Below, piece by piece: positions 54,694 to 64,000 of a DNA stretch of 64,000 nt. This DNA is from a virus. Taxonomy: Duplodnaviria; Heunggongvirae; Uroviricota; Caudoviricetes; Straboviridae. Position 1 is the stretch's first letter. Every line of letters begins with the position of its first letter. The translations under genes were made by a program, and so were the position numbers. Below the pieces are notes generated by a model. That model was not told the origin of the DNA and made no database searches. It saw only the letters and a program-made list of their open reading frames with translations. Location: positions 163,399-227,398 of the IMG/VR virus record IMGVR_UViG_638277085_000001. One strand, given 5' to 3'.

Positions 54694-56709
54694 ATGACTC
54701 TTTTATCTCCGGGCATCGAAAATAAAGAGATTAACCTTGCAAGTGCTATCGGTCGTGCGGCTACAGGTCGTGCGGCTATGGTGGGGAAATTTGAGTGGGG
54801 TCCAGCTTACAGCATCACTCAGGTAACTTCAGAGTCTGACTTGGTTACTATTTTCGGTCGTCCAAACGACTATACCGCAGCTTCATTCATGACTGCAAAC
54901 AACTTCTTGAAGTATGGTAACGATCTGCGTTTGGTTCGTATCTGTGATGCAACAACTGCACAGAACGCGACTCCACTGTACAACGCAGTTGAATACACCA
55001 TCGGTGCTTCAAACGGTTGTGTTGTGGGTGATGACATTACAATCACTTACTCGGGCGTTGGTGCGCTAACTGCAAAGGGTAAAGTTCTAGAAGTTGACGC
55101 TGGTAACAACAACGCTGCATCGAAGATTTTCTTGCCTTCTGCTGAAATCGTCGCTGCTGCGAAATCTGACGGGAACTACCCGAGTGTGGGTACTATCACA
55201 CTTCAGCCAACTCAAGGTGACATTGCACTAACAAACATTGAAATTATCGACACGGGTTCAGTTTACTTCCCTAACATCGAGCTTGCTTTTGATGCGTTGA
55301 CAGCAATCGAAACTGAAGGCGGTGCGCTGAAATACGCTGATCTAATCGAGAAGCAAGGTTTCCCACGTCTTTCTGCACGCTATGTAGGCGACTTTGGTGA
55401 TGCAATCTCAGTAGAGATCATCAACTACGCTGATTATCAGACTGCATTTGCATTCGCAGCGGGTCACACACTAGGCGACATCGAACTTCCAATCTACCCA
55501 GATGGCGGTACACGTTCGATCAACCTATCGAGCTACTTCACATTCGGTCCGTCGAACAGCAATCAATACGCTGTAATCGTTCGTGTATCTGGTGAAGTTG
55601 AAGAAGCGTTCATCGTTTCGACTAACCCAGGCGACAAAGACGTAAACGGTCAATCAATCTTCATTGATGAGTACTTTGAAAACAGTGGGTCGGCTTACAT
55701 CACTGCTATCGCAGAGGGATGGAAAACTGAATCTGGTGCGTACAACTTCGGTGGTGGCTCAGATGCTAACGCAGGTGCTGACGATTGGATGTTCGGTCTA
55801 GACATGCTATCTGACCCAGAAGTGCTTTACACTAACCTAGTTATTGCGGGTAACGCGGCGGCTGAAGAAGTTTCAATTGCTTCAACTGTTCAGAAATACG
55901 CGATTGACTCAGTTGGTAACGTTCGTCAAGACTGTGTGGTATTCGTATCTCCGCCTCAGTCACTGATTGTTAACAAGCAAGCAGGTACTGCGGTAGCGAA
56001 TATTCAAGGCTGGCGTACGGGCATCGACCCTACGAATGGTCAAGCAGTAGTTGACAATCTAAACGTAAGCACAACTTACGCAGTGATTGACGGCAACTAT
56101 AAGTATCAATACGACAAGTACAACGACCGCAATCGCTGGGTTCCACTAGCAGGTGATATTGCTGGTCTATGTGCGTACACTGATCAAGTATCACAACCTT
56201 GGATGTCGCCAGCGGGCTTCAACCGTGGTCAGATCAAGGGCGTAAACCGTCTAGCAGTAGACTTGCGTCGTGCGCATCGTGATGCACTGTATCAAATCGG
56301 TATCAACCCTGTAGTCGGCTTTGCTGGTCAAGGTTTCGTACTGTACGGTGATAAGACTGCTACACAGCAAGCAAGTGCATTTGACCGCATCAACGTGCGT
56401 CGCCTGTTCAACTTGCTGAAGAAAGCAATCTCAGACGCTGCTAAGTACCGCCTATTTGAATTGAACGATGAGTTCACACGCTCAAGCTTCAAGTCAGAGA
56501 TCGACGCTTACTTGACTAACATTCAAGATCTAGGTGGCGTATACGACTTCCGCGTTGTGTGTGATGAGACTAACAACCCTGGCTCTGTCATCGACAGAAA
56601 CGAGTTTGTGGCAAGTATCTACGTGAAACCTGCTAAGTCAATCAACTTCATTACGCTGAACTTCGTAGCAACGTCAACTGACGCTGACTTCGCAGAAATC
56701 ATCGGTTAA
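54694..56709 (+). CDS. 18: Tail sheath protein gp18
   Basis: 671 aa. N-terminus MTLLSPGIENKE...GKFEWGPAYSITQVT...YGNDLRLVRI and internal AIDGNYKYQYDKYNDRNRWVPLAGDIAGLCA...WMSPAG...RINVRRLFN closely match T4 gp18. Confidence 0.9.
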   Translation: MTLLSPGIENKEINLASAIGRAATGRAAMVGKFEWGPAYSITQVTSESDLVTIFGRPNDYTAASFMTANNFLKYGNDLRLVRICDATTAQNATPLYNAVEYTIGASNGCVVGDDITITYSGVGALTAKGKVLEVDAGNNNAASKIFLPSAEIVAAAKSDGNYPSVGTITLQPTQGDIALTNIEIIDTGSVYFPNIELAFDALTAIETEGGALKYADLIEKQGFPRLSARYVGDFGDAISVEIINYADYQTAFAFAAGHTLGDIELPIYPDGGTRSINLSSYFTFGPSNSNQYAVIVRVSGEVEEAFIVSTNPGDKDVNGQSIFIDEYFENSGSAYITAIAEGWKTESGAYNFGGGSDANAGADDWMFGLDMLSDPEVLYTNLVIAGNAAAEEVSIASTVQKYAIDSVGNVRQDCVVFVSPPQSLIVNKQAGTAVANIQGWRTGIDPTNGQAVVDNLNVSTTYAVIDGNYKYQYDKYNDRNRWVPLAGDIAGLCAYTDQVSQPWMSPAGFNRGQIKGVNRLAVDLRRAHRDALYQIGINPVVGFAGQGFVLYGDKTATQQASAFDRINVRRLFNLLKKAISDAAKYRLFELNDEFTRSSFKSEIDAYLTNIQDLGGVYDFRVVCDETNNPGSVIDRNEFVASIYVKPAKSINFITLNFVATSTDADFAEIIG

Positions 56710-56719
56710 GAGCAATCAC

Positions 56720-56739
56720 GAGGGGCTAAAAAGCCCCTC
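56720..56739 (+). other. Strong intercistronic hairpin (gaggggct aaaa agcccctc) between gp18 and gp19, without a U-run
   Basis: 8-bp GC-rich stem. Likely an RNA-stability / processing or attenuating structure. Confidence 0.4.
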
Positions 56740-56759
56740 TAAATAAAAGGTAAGAGAAA

Positions 56760-57260
56760 ATGGCACTTAATGTAGACAACATTAAAAGAGCTTTCAGCAA
56801 CGGTGATTTCGCTCGTCCTAACTTGTTCGAAGTTGAGATTCCGTATCTGGGACAGAACTTTAAATTTCAATGTCGCGCCTCTTCAATGCCGCCGGGCAGT
56901 GTTGAGAAAGTGGAAGTTTCATATCAAAACCGTAAGTACAACATTGCGGGCGACCGTACGTTCGACGATTGGAACGTTACTGTGTACAACGATGAAACTC
57001 ACGACATTCGCAAAGCAATTATGGCATGGCAAGCTCGTGCTGTAGGCTTAGGCAAAGACATTTCAGGTGAAACGCCTGATCAGTACAAACGTACTGGTAC
57101 AATCACACAGTTAGACCGTAACGGTGATCCGACTACTTCGGCAACTGTATACGGAATTTTCCCGACTGTGGTGGGTGAAGTTGCGCTTGACTGGGATTCA
57201 AACAACGAAATCGAAACGTTTGAAGTAACATTCAGCCTTGATTACTTCACATTAGATTAA
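56760..57260 (+). CDS. 19: Tail tube protein gp19
   Basis: 166 aa. FSNGDFARPNLFEVEIPYLGQNFKFQCRASSMPPG...NIAGDRTFDDWNVTVYNDE...LDWDSNNEIETFEVTFSLDYF is highly similar to T4 gp19. Confidence 0.9.
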   Translation: MALNVDNIKRAFSNGDFARPNLFEVEIPYLGQNFKFQCRASSMPPGSVEKVEVSYQNRKYNIAGDRTFDDWNVTVYNDETHDIRKAIMAWQARAVGLGKDISGETPDQYKRTGTITQLDRNGDPTTSATVYGIFPTVVGEVALDWDSNNEIETFEVTFSLDYFTLD

Positions 57261-57267
57261 GAACAAT

Positions 57268-57289
57268 AGGGGCGTTCAGCCCCTTTATT
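57268..57289 (+). terminator. Rho-independent terminator after gp19 (aggggc gttc agcccct + ttatt)
   Basis: Hairpin followed by a U-rich tract. Confidence 0.5.
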
Positions 57290-57299
57290 GAGGTAAAAT

Positions 57300-58847
57300 A
57301 TGTTAGAGTTTATGAAATTCTGGACAAAAGAAGAAGAGCAGGACATTCAAAAAATCGAGAAAAACCCTGTCCGTTCGTTTTCTGCGCCAGATAACGTAGA
57401 TGGTGCTAAAGAGATTCATACTAACTTATTAGCACCTCAACTTGGTCATGCAATTATCCCGTCGGATGCTCAATCTGAAGGGACGATTCCAGTTAAGGAA
57501 CTAATCAAGAGCTATCGTGCTCTAGCAGAATATCACGAAGTCGATGATGCGATTCAAGAAATCGTCGATGAAGCAATCGTTTATGAAAACGATAAAGAAG
57601 TTGTGTGGTTGAACTTAGACAACACCGACTTTTCAGAAAATATCAAAGCTAAGATCAATGAAGAATTCGACCGCGTTGTAAGCTTGCTTCAAATGCGTAA
57701 ACATGGTTACAAGTGGTTTAGAAAGTGGTATGTTGACTCTCGAATCTATTTCCACAAAATCTTAGACAAAGATAACAACATTATCGAATTGCGCCCGCTA
57801 AACCCGATGAAAATGGAGCTAGTGCGCGAGATTCAGAAAGAAACTATTGATGGCGTAGAAGTTGTAAAAGGAACGCTTGAGTATTACGTTTACAAGCAGT
57901 CTGACTACAAAATGCCGTCATGGATGAGCGCAACAAACCGTGCTCAGACATCATTCAGAATTCCAAAAGATGCAATTGTTTTCGCTCACAGCGGATTAAT
58001 GCGCGGTTGTGCCGATGACCCGTACATTATCGGTTATCTTGATCGTGCTATCAAGCCTGCAAACCAGTTGAAAATGCTAGAAGATGCGTTGGTAATCTAT
58101 CGTCTAGCACGTGCGCCCGAGCGTCGCGTATTCTATGTTGACGTTGGTAACTTGCCGACTCAGAAAGCACAGCAATACGTAAATGGTATCATGCAAAACG
58201 TTAAAAATCGCGTTGTGTACGACACACAGACTGGTCAAGTTAAAAATACGACTAATGCAATGTCGATGCTTGAAGACTACTACCTACCACGCCGAGAAGG
58301 TTCGAAGGGTACTGAGGTAAGCACACTACCTGGCGGTCAGTCGCTTGGAGACATCGAAGACGTATTGTACTTCAACCGTAAGTTGTATAAAGCAATGCGA
58401 ATTCCGACATCACGTGCAGCGTCTGAAGATCAGACGGGCGGTATTAACTTCGGTCAGGGTGCAGAAATCACACGTGACGAATTGAAGTTTACTAAATTCG
58501 TGAAGCGTTTGCAAACAAAATTCGAAACTGTAATTACCGATCCGCTTAAACATCAGTTGATTGTAAATAATATCATAACTGAAGAAGAGTGGGATGCTAA
58601 TCATGAAAAACTTTACGTTGTATTCAACCAAGACTCATATTTTGAAGAGGCTAAGGAATTAGAGATTCTAAATAGTCGTATGAACGCAATGCGTGACATT
58701 CAAGATTATGCTGGGAAATATTACAGTCATAAATACATTCAGAAAAACATTTTACGTTTGTCTGACGATCAGATCACTGCAATGCAGAGCGAAATTGATG
58801 AAGAAGAGACAAACCCACGATTCCAACAAGACGATCAAGGATTTTAG
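57300..58847 (+). CDS. 20: Portal vertex protein gp20
   Basis: 515 aa. RKWYVDSRIYFHKILD, IGYLDRAIKPANQLKMLEDALVIYRLARAPERRVFYVDVGN and NRVVYDTQTGQVKN match T4 gp20. Confidence 0.85.
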   Translation: MLEFMKFWTKEEEQDIQKIEKNPVRSFSAPDNVDGAKEIHTNLLAPQLGHAIIPSDAQSEGTIPVKELIKSYRALAEYHEVDDAIQEIVDEAIVYENDKEVVWLNLDNTDFSENIKAKINEEFDRVVSLLQMRKHGYKWFRKWYVDSRIYFHKILDKDNNIIELRPLNPMKMELVREIQKETIDGVEVVKGTLEYYVYKQSDYKMPSWMSATNRAQTSFRIPKDAIVFAHSGLMRGCADDPYIIGYLDRAIKPANQLKMLEDALVIYRLARAPERRVFYVDVGNLPTQKAQQYVNGIMQNVKNRVVYDTQTGQVKNTTNAMSMLEDYYLPRREGSKGTEVSTLPGGQSLGDIEDVLYFNRKLYKAMRIPTSRAASEDQTGGINFGQGAEITRDELKFTKFVKRLQTKFETVITDPLKHQLIVNNIITEEEWDANHEKLYVVFNQDSYFEEAKELEILNSRMNAMRDIQDYAGKYYSHKYIQKNILRLSDDQITAMQSEIDEEETNPRFQQDDQGF

Positions 58848-58859
58848 AGGTAGCAGATT

Positions 58860-59026
58860 ATGAGCTTAGAAACAATGGTAGCAGCGGCACGCGACGGTAA
58901 ACTAGCAGATTTTGAAGCGCAATTCCGCCAAGAAATCGGGCAACGTGTAGCGGCTCGCATTGACGACATGAAGCAAGAGCTTGGTCGCTCAATCAAAGTA
59001 GACGGTGAAATCAATCAGGAGGACTA
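58860..59026 (+). CDS. 67: Prohead core protein gp67-like (55 aa; under the ORF-track cut-off)
   Basis: ATG at 58860 with RBS GAGG. MSLETMVAAARDGKLADFEAQF resembles the gp67 N-terminal pattern. Its stop overlaps the next start. Confidence 0.4.
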
Positions 59027-59518
59027 ATGAAGTTCATTTCCGAAGCCGTACAAGAGAAAATGGTTGAAGACTTGGTTGAAGCAGTACTTGGCGGTCATCT
59101 TGATCGTCAAGATATTAGCGACACAATCAAGGCGTTCGCCGAAGCTGAAGACATCGGCGTACACAGCAATAAAGACATCACAGATGAAGTCAATGTTGTT
59201 CTTGACGTGCTGAGTTCTCTTGAAAACGGATTAACATTTGAAGAAGCATGTGCAGAGTTCAATCTGTCTGAAAAACTGGTTAAGCAAGTATCGGTAGCTA
59301 ATCAGAAAGCGGGCGGGCCTCTGATCTCTAAGCGCATCGACCGAAAAACTGCCTCACGAAAAGCGACGCAGACAACTGGTCTAAGTAAATCGAAGAGACA
59401 AAAAACGGCTCGCAAAGCAGCTAAAACGCGCAGACGCCAAAAGGGCACAAGTGCAGAGCGAAAAGCTAATAAGTTGCGTAAAAAGTCGCTGAAGAAGCGT
59501 AAGCAAATGGGGCTTTAA
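59027..59518 (+). CDS. 68: Prohead core protein gp68-like
   Basis: 163 aa with a basic C-terminal tail. Position between gp20 and gp21. Confidence 0.45.
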   Translation: MKFISEAVQEKMVEDLVEAVLGGHLDRQDISDTIKAFAEAEDIGVHSNKDITDEVNVVLDVLSSLENGLTFEEACAEFNLSEKLVKQVSVANQKAGGPLISKRIDRKTASRKATQTTGLSKSKRQKTARKAAKTRRRQKGTSAERKANKLRKKSLKKRKQMGL

Positions 59519-59520
59519 TT

Positions 59521-60162
59521 ATGGAATTACAACTCTTAATTGAAGACTGGGGCGTATCGAGCTATGCAACTGCTGAGACTGGCGAAAAGCCGCTTGTTGA
59601 AGCGAAAATGCCCGCTGAAAAAGGCGGCGACTTGTACATTGAGGGTATTTTCATGCAATCGAATGTCGTGAACCGTAATGGTCGCAGATATCCGAAAAAA
59701 GTCATGGAAAATGCCGTATCTAAATACATTCAAGAGCAAGTCAAGACGAATCAAGCGTTGGGCGAGCTTAATCACCCTAGCCGTTCGAACGTCGATCCTG
59801 CTGAAGCTGCAATTCGTATCACTGAGTTGTGGTGGGATGGCGATAACGTAATGGGAAAAGCAATCGTACTAAATACTCCGAAGGGACAAATCGTACGCGG
59901 TCTAATCGAAGGCGGTTGGGTTCCGGGCGTAAGTTCACGAGGTCTTGGTTCAGTTAAGCAAGTTGACGGGATCAACGAAGTACAAGACTTTCGTCTTACA
60001 GTTGGTGTAGATGTAGTGTGGGGTCCGAGTGCGCCTGCTGCATACGTTAAGCCAGTAACTGAGTCAAATGAAGCTGCTAAATCAGTAAAAACAGAAGAAA
60101 TTACAGAAAGTAATGACGCTGAGTTTGCGAAACTAGCGGAAACGTTAAAAACTCTCTTATAA
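59521..60162 (+). CDS. 21: Prohead core scaffold protein and protease gp21
   Basis: 213 aa (T4 is 212 aa). Synteny gp20-67-68-21-22-23. Confidence 0.6.
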   Translation: MELQLLIEDWGVSSYATAETGEKPLVEAKMPAEKGGDLYIEGIFMQSNVVNRNGRRYPKKVMENAVSKYIQEQVKTNQALGELNHPSRSNVDPAEAAIRITELWWDGDNVMGKAIVLNTPKGQIVRGLIEGGWVPGVSSRGLGSVKQVDGINEVQDFRLTVGVDVVWGPSAPAAYVKPVTESNEAAKSVKTEEITESNDAEFAKLAETLKTLL

Positions 60163-60165
60163 ATA
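60158..60165 (+). promoter_or_regulatory. T4 late promoter TATAAATA upstream of gp22
   Basis: Exact TATAAATA about 30 nt before the ATG at 60195. Confidence 0.55.
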
Positions 60166-60194
60166 TATAAAACATATTTAAGGAATTGAAGAAG

Positions 60195-61037
60195 ATGCAA
60201 ATCAAAGAGCAACTACTTGAAGCGGTATCAAAAGACGATACTAAAATCACTACTGCTTTGGATGGCATTTTTGAATCAGTTGAACTTTCCGAAGATGTTC
60301 GTAATAAGTTCAGCACTGTTTTCGAAAGTGTAATCAAGACTAAAGCCGTTGAGCTTGCTGAAGCACATATTGCTGAAGCTGCTGAAAAGGCTGAAGCAGT
60401 AATCAACGAACACAAAGAAGAGCTAAATGAAGCTGCTGAAAAATACGGCGAACATCTAGCAGAGCAAATGGCGAACAAACTTGATTCATACCTAGATCAC
60501 GTTGTTGAAGCTTGGATGGCTGAAAACAAACTAGCGGTTGAAAATGGTCTGAAAGTTTCTATGTTCGACGGCTTGATGGAAGGCATGAAAAATGTATTCA
60601 TCGAGAACAACGTTCACTGCCCAGACGAGAAGATCGACATGATCGAAGCTCTTGAAGAAAACATTCAAGATCTTGAAAGCCGTCTAGACGCAGTTATCGT
60701 CGAAAACCGCCAACACAAAGAATACGCTAACTACGTAGAGAAAAACATCATCATCGAGCGCGTGACTGCTGGTATGGCTGAATCTCAAAAAGAGAAAGTT
60801 GCTGACCTAGCCGAGTCAATCCGCTTCGACGAGAACTTTGAAGACAATCTAAATAGTGTTATCAAGTTCGCTTCTGGTATCAAGCTTGCTGAAAAAGAAG
60901 ATATGGAAGATGACAAGAAGCCGGCTGAGAAAAAAGACGGTGAAGACGACGCTGAGAAGAAAGACGACAAAGAAATGAAAGAATCCGCAGTACCATCTAT
61001 GGCTGCATACTTGAAAGCTGCTCGTACTACTCGATAA
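60195..61037 (+). CDS. 22: Prohead core scaffold protein gp22 (start at the ATG MQIKEQ; the track uses an upstream TTG)
   Basis: About 280 aa, highly acidic and helical (T4 is 269 aa). Synteny. Confidence 0.6.
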   Translation: MQIKEQLLEAVSKDDTKITTALDGIFESVELSEDVRNKFSTVFESVIKTKAVELAEAHIAEAAEKAEAVINEHKEELNEAAEKYGEHLAEQMANKLDSYLDHVVEAWMAENKLAVENGLKVSMFDGLMEGMKNVFIENNVHCPDEKIDMIEALEENIQDLESRLDAVIVENRQHKEYANYVEKNIIIERVTAGMAESQKEKVADLAESIRFDENFEDNLNSVIKFASGIKLAEKEDMEDDKKPAEKKDGEDDAEKKDDKEMKESAVPSMAAYLKAARTTR

Positions 61038-61061
61038 GCAATAAAACGTGATTTCACGTTA

Positions 61062-61069
61062 TATAAATA
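61062..61069 (+). promoter_or_regulatory. T4 late promoter TATAAATA upstream of gp23
   Basis: Exact TATAAATA 39 nt before the ATG at 61108. Confidence 0.6.
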
Positions 61070-61107
61070 CTTTTGTAAATTTTAGAATTAATTAAGGAAT
61101 CATTCAA

Positions 61108-62652
61108 ATGAACCTAACTGAAAAATGGAAAGACTTGCTTGAAGCAGAAGGTGCGGATATGCCAGAGATTGCAACTGCAACTAAGCAAAAAATCATGTCG
61201 AAAATCTTTGAAAACCAAGATCGCGACATCAACAACGATCCGATGTATCGTGACCCGCAACTTGTTGAAGCATTCAATGCTGGTCTTAACGAAGCTGTAG
61301 TTAACGGCGACCACGGTTACGATCCTGCGAATATCGCACAAGGCGTTACTACTGGTGCAGTAACTAACATCGGTCCTACCGTAATGGGTATGGTACGTCG
61401 TGCTATTCCACAGCTTATCGCTTTCGATATTGCTGGTGTCCAGCCAATGACTGGTCCAACTAGCCAAGTATTCACACTTCGCTCAGTATACGGTAAAGAT
61501 CCTCTAACTGGCGCAGAAGCATTCCATCCGACTCGTCAAGCTGACGCTTCGTTCTCTGGTCAAGCTGCTGCATCGACGATTGCAGACTTCCCAACTACTG
61601 GTGCTGCAACTGACGGTACTCCGTACAAAGCTGAAGTAACTACTTCTGGTGGCGACGTTTCAATGCGTTACTTCCTAGCACTAGGCGCTGTTACTCTAGC
61701 AGTAGCTGGTCAAATGACTGCAACTGAATACACTGACGGTGTTGCGGGTGGTCTGCTTGTTGAAATCGACGCTGGTATGGCAACTTCTCAGGCTGAACTA
61801 CAAGAGAACTTCAACGGTTCAAGCAACAACGAGTGGAACGAAATGTCATTCCGCATCGACAAACAAGTTGTTGAAGCGAAATCTCGTCAATTGAAAGCTC
61901 AATACTCAATCGAGCTTGCGCAAGACCTACGTGCTGTACACGGTCTAGACGCTGACGCTGAACTGAGCGGTATCCTAGCTAACGAAGTAATGGTTGAACT
62001 GAACCGTGAAATCGTTAACCTAGTTAACTCTCAAGCTCAAATCGGTAAGTCTGGCTGGACTCAAGGCGCAGGTGCTGCTGGTGTGTTTGACTTCTCAGAC
62101 GCAGTAGACGTGAAAGGCGCTCGTTGGGCTGGTGAAGCTTACAAAGCTCTATTGATCCAAATCGAAAAAGAAGCGAACGAAATCGGTCGTCAAACTGGTC
62201 GTGGTAACGGTAACTTCATCATTGCATCACGCAACGTAGTTTCTGCACTATCAATGACTGATACTCTTGTTGGTCCTGCTGCACAAGGTATGCAAGACGG
62301 TTCAATGAACACTGACACTAACCAAACTGTGTTCGCGGGTGTTCTAGGCGGTCGCTTCAAAGTGTACATCGACCAATACGCAGTGAACGATTATTTCACA
62401 GTTGGTTTCAAAGGTTCTACTGAAATGGACGCTGGTGTGTTCTACTCACCTTACGTACCGCTGACTCCACTACGTGGTTCAGACAGCAAGAACTTCCAGC
62501 CAGTAATCGGGTTCAAGACTCGTTACGGTGTGCAAGTTAACCCATTCGCAGATCCAACTGCTTCGGCAACTAAAGTTGGTAACGGTGCTCCAGTCGCTGC
62601 ATCAATGGGCAAAAACGCTTACTTCCGTCGCGTATTCGTTAAGGGTCTGTAA
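61108..62652 (+). CDS. 23: Major capsid protein gp23
   Basis: 514 aa (T4 is 521 aa). Position after gp22, with a late promoter and a strong terminator. Confidence 0.8.
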   Translation: MNLTEKWKDLLEAEGADMPEIATATKQKIMSKIFENQDRDINNDPMYRDPQLVEAFNAGLNEAVVNGDHGYDPANIAQGVTTGAVTNIGPTVMGMVRRAIPQLIAFDIAGVQPMTGPTSQVFTLRSVYGKDPLTGAEAFHPTRQADASFSGQAAASTIADFPTTGAATDGTPYKAEVTTSGGDVSMRYFLALGAVTLAVAGQMTATEYTDGVAGGLLVEIDAGMATSQAELQENFNGSSNNEWNEMSFRIDKQVVEAKSRQLKAQYSIELAQDLRAVHGLDADAELSGILANEVMVELNREIVNLVNSQAQIGKSGWTQGAGAAGVFDFSDAVDVKGARWAGEAYKALLIQIEKEANEIGRQTGRGNGNFIIASRNVVSALSMTDTLVGPAAQGMQDGSMNTDTNQTVFAGVLGGRFKVYIDQYAVNDYFTVGFKGSTEMDAGVFYSPYVPLTPLRGSDSKNFQPVIGFKTRYGVQVNPFADPTASATKVGNGAPVAASMGKNAYFRRVFVKGL

Positions 62653-62677
62653 TAGACTCTTAATTGAAACAGACAAC

Positions 62678-62705
62678 AAAGGGGACTCTTCGGAGTCCCT
62701 TTTTG
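62678..62705. terminator. Bidirectional rho-independent terminator (ggggactc ttcg gagtccc flanked by A/T runs) between gp23 and the convergent cca gene
   Basis: 8-bp stem with a T5 on the plus strand and an A-run upstream. Confidence 0.65.
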
Positions 62706-62708
62706 CGT

Positions 62709-63806
62709 TTATAGACTATGCAAATAATTGTAGGCGATACTGACTCGCTTATCTTCTAGAGCTTCGCCGTATGCAGGTCCCGGCTCAACGTCAACTTTGA
62801 TATTTCGAGTTAGTTCAATTAACTCAGTGAGCATTTTACGCTTCACTTCATCTTTTACTTGCGATAATGCAACTTCGAACGGTAGACCTTCTTTGTATGC
62901 ACCTAGTTTACGTAAAACAATGACAATCGTTTCATCAAATGCATTAGCAACGTTTAGACTCATCAAGATCTCAGATGCTTTATCAAATTGCTTAGTCGCA
63001 CCGAATTTTCGAGTGTAACGATTACGATGGTCGAATGATGCCCATTTAGCAATTAGCTGCACGTCTTCACACTTAAAAGGCATACGATTGTAGAACTTCA
63101 ATTCAAGCAATTCGCGTGCGCTAGGTACTGCACAGAACCCAATTTGACCTAAAAATGCGAAGTACATGTGCGCGTCTTTCTCAGACAGTGCTTTTTGAGT
63201 CTCTAGCCACACACGTTCTTTAGGTAGATTCTCAAGCATACCGTCATTGATCATCTTCTTGCATAGCTCAATCGTTTCTTCTGCGACTTTGAATCCCATG
63301 CTGTAGTAACGAGCATAGAAACGAGCAACACGCAGAACACGCAATGGGTCTTCAGCAAATGCTTCAGTCGTGTGACGAAGAATCTTATTTTTCAAGTCGT
63401 CTAGACCCCCGTACGGGTCGATGATGTCATCAGTCGAGCCCCACATGAATAGACTATTCGGTGTCATGTCTGGTATAGCCATTGAGTTGATAGTCAGATC
63501 TCGACGAGATAAGTCGTCTTCTAACGTAACACCGTCAGTTGTGAAAGTGAAGTCAGTAGTTTTACCGCCAGTGCTACGCTCTACACGAGCAAGCGCGACT
63601 TCATTACCGTCTTTATCAAGCCAAACAGGGAAATCAGCGCCGATTGGTTCGCCGTACATAGCCATCATTTGCTCATGCGTACAACCGGTTACTACGTAAT
63701 CAATGTCTTTCGGGAATCTAGACCAACCCTCGACATGTTTCAGAATGGAGTCGCGTACTGCGCCACCGACAATGTATTTTTTCATCAAGTTAAGATTCGC
63801 TTTCAT
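62709..63806 (-). CDS. cca: tRNA nucleotidyltransferase (CCA-adding enzyme) / class II polymerase-beta-like nucleotidyltransferase
   Basis: 365 aa. The N-terminal motif YIVGGAVRDSIL....DIDYVV is the GG-x-VRD / D-x-D head-domain signature. Confidence 0.7.
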   Translation of the reverse strand: MKANLNLMKKYIVGGAVRDSILKHVEGWSRFPKDIDYVVTGCTHEQMMAMYGEPIGADFPVWLDKDGNEVALARVERSTGGKTTDFTFTTDGVTLEDDLSRRDLTINSMAIPDMTPNSLFMWGSTDDIIDPYGGLDDLKNKILRHTTEAFAEDPLRVLRVARFYARYYSMGFKVAEETIELCKKMINDGMLENLPKERVWLETQKALSEKDAHMYFAFLGQIGFCAVPSARELLELKFYNRMPFKCEDVQLIAKWASFDHRNRYTRKFGATKQFDKASEILMSLNVANAFDETIVIVLRKLGAYKEGLPFEVALSQVKDEVKRKMLTELIELTRNIKVDVEPGPAYGEALEDKRVSIAYNYLHSL

Positions 63807-63878
63807 TGTGCTCTCCTTTTGAACCTATACAGTACATGACTAAATAATATAAGTCAACCAGATTTATGGGAAGATTTA

Positions 63879-64000
63879 TGGAATACACAAAATACGAGAT
63901 TCAGAAATATCGTAGTCGTCGAAGTCATGGCATCAATCTGCCAGATTACAACGGAGCGATATACATCGACTTGCCAAGTAGCCCGTGTGGGTCTGATAGC
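63879..64000 (+). CDS. Hypothetical protein, N-terminal fragment (runs off the window)
   Basis: ATG at 63879. Open to the window end. Confidence 0.3.

Overview
This window comes from a T4-like (Straboviridae/Tevenvirinae-type) myovirus genome; all tRNA folds and protein calls below were made by hand from sequence and motifs. It has three parts.
(1) 1..8450: two tandem paralogous tail-fibre genes on the minus strand (one carries a C-terminal intramolecular-chaperone/S74-like autoproteolytic domain), followed by a small accessory block. That block includes a 478-aa vWA/MIDAS protein (DUF2828-like, possibly Ro60-like architecture), a candidate RNase-H-fold protein, a CheY-receiver-like mini protein and other small ORFs.
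(2) about 8460..18460: a very large minus-strand tRNA island with about 32 canonical tRNAs that I folded by hand, covering all 20 amino acids; nearly all encode their own CCA. Small ORFs are interspersed. Two tandem T4-early-like promoters (GTTTAC-N18-TACAAT) sit at its upstream edge, and rho-independent terminators are present. Six non-canonical tRNA-like elements stand out: a 46-nt acceptor+T-arm minihelix, a 125-nt element, and five 113-124-nt tRNA mimics. Three of these have an intact cloverleaf whose anticodon loop is replaced by 37-55 nt, and all five carry a 5-6-bp hairpin insert (loop TGAYAA in four of them). This architecture resembles bacterial/phage Y-RNA (YrlA-like) tRNA mimics or small-intron tRNAs. 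It is the most novel signal in the window.
(3) 18860..64000: core T4 late modules. These are 57A/57B-like, dNMP kinase (gp1), gp3, tape measure gp29 and tube-like baseplate proteins. Then gp53, a gp5 that lacks the lysozyme domain, a gp5.4 PAAR spike and gp25. Then gp6-gp12 with a duplicated short tail fibre, fibritin, gp13, gp14, gp15 with a DW-repeat extension, terminase gp16/gp17, sheath gp18, tube gp19 and portal gp20. Then prohead core/protease/scaffold gp67/68/21/22 and major capsid gp23. A divergently oriented CCA-adding tRNA nucleotidyltransferase gene follows. Late TATAAATA promoters and intrinsic terminators punctuate the region.
The tRNA anticodons and boundaries need confirmation with tRNAscan-SE, ARAGORN or Infernal.
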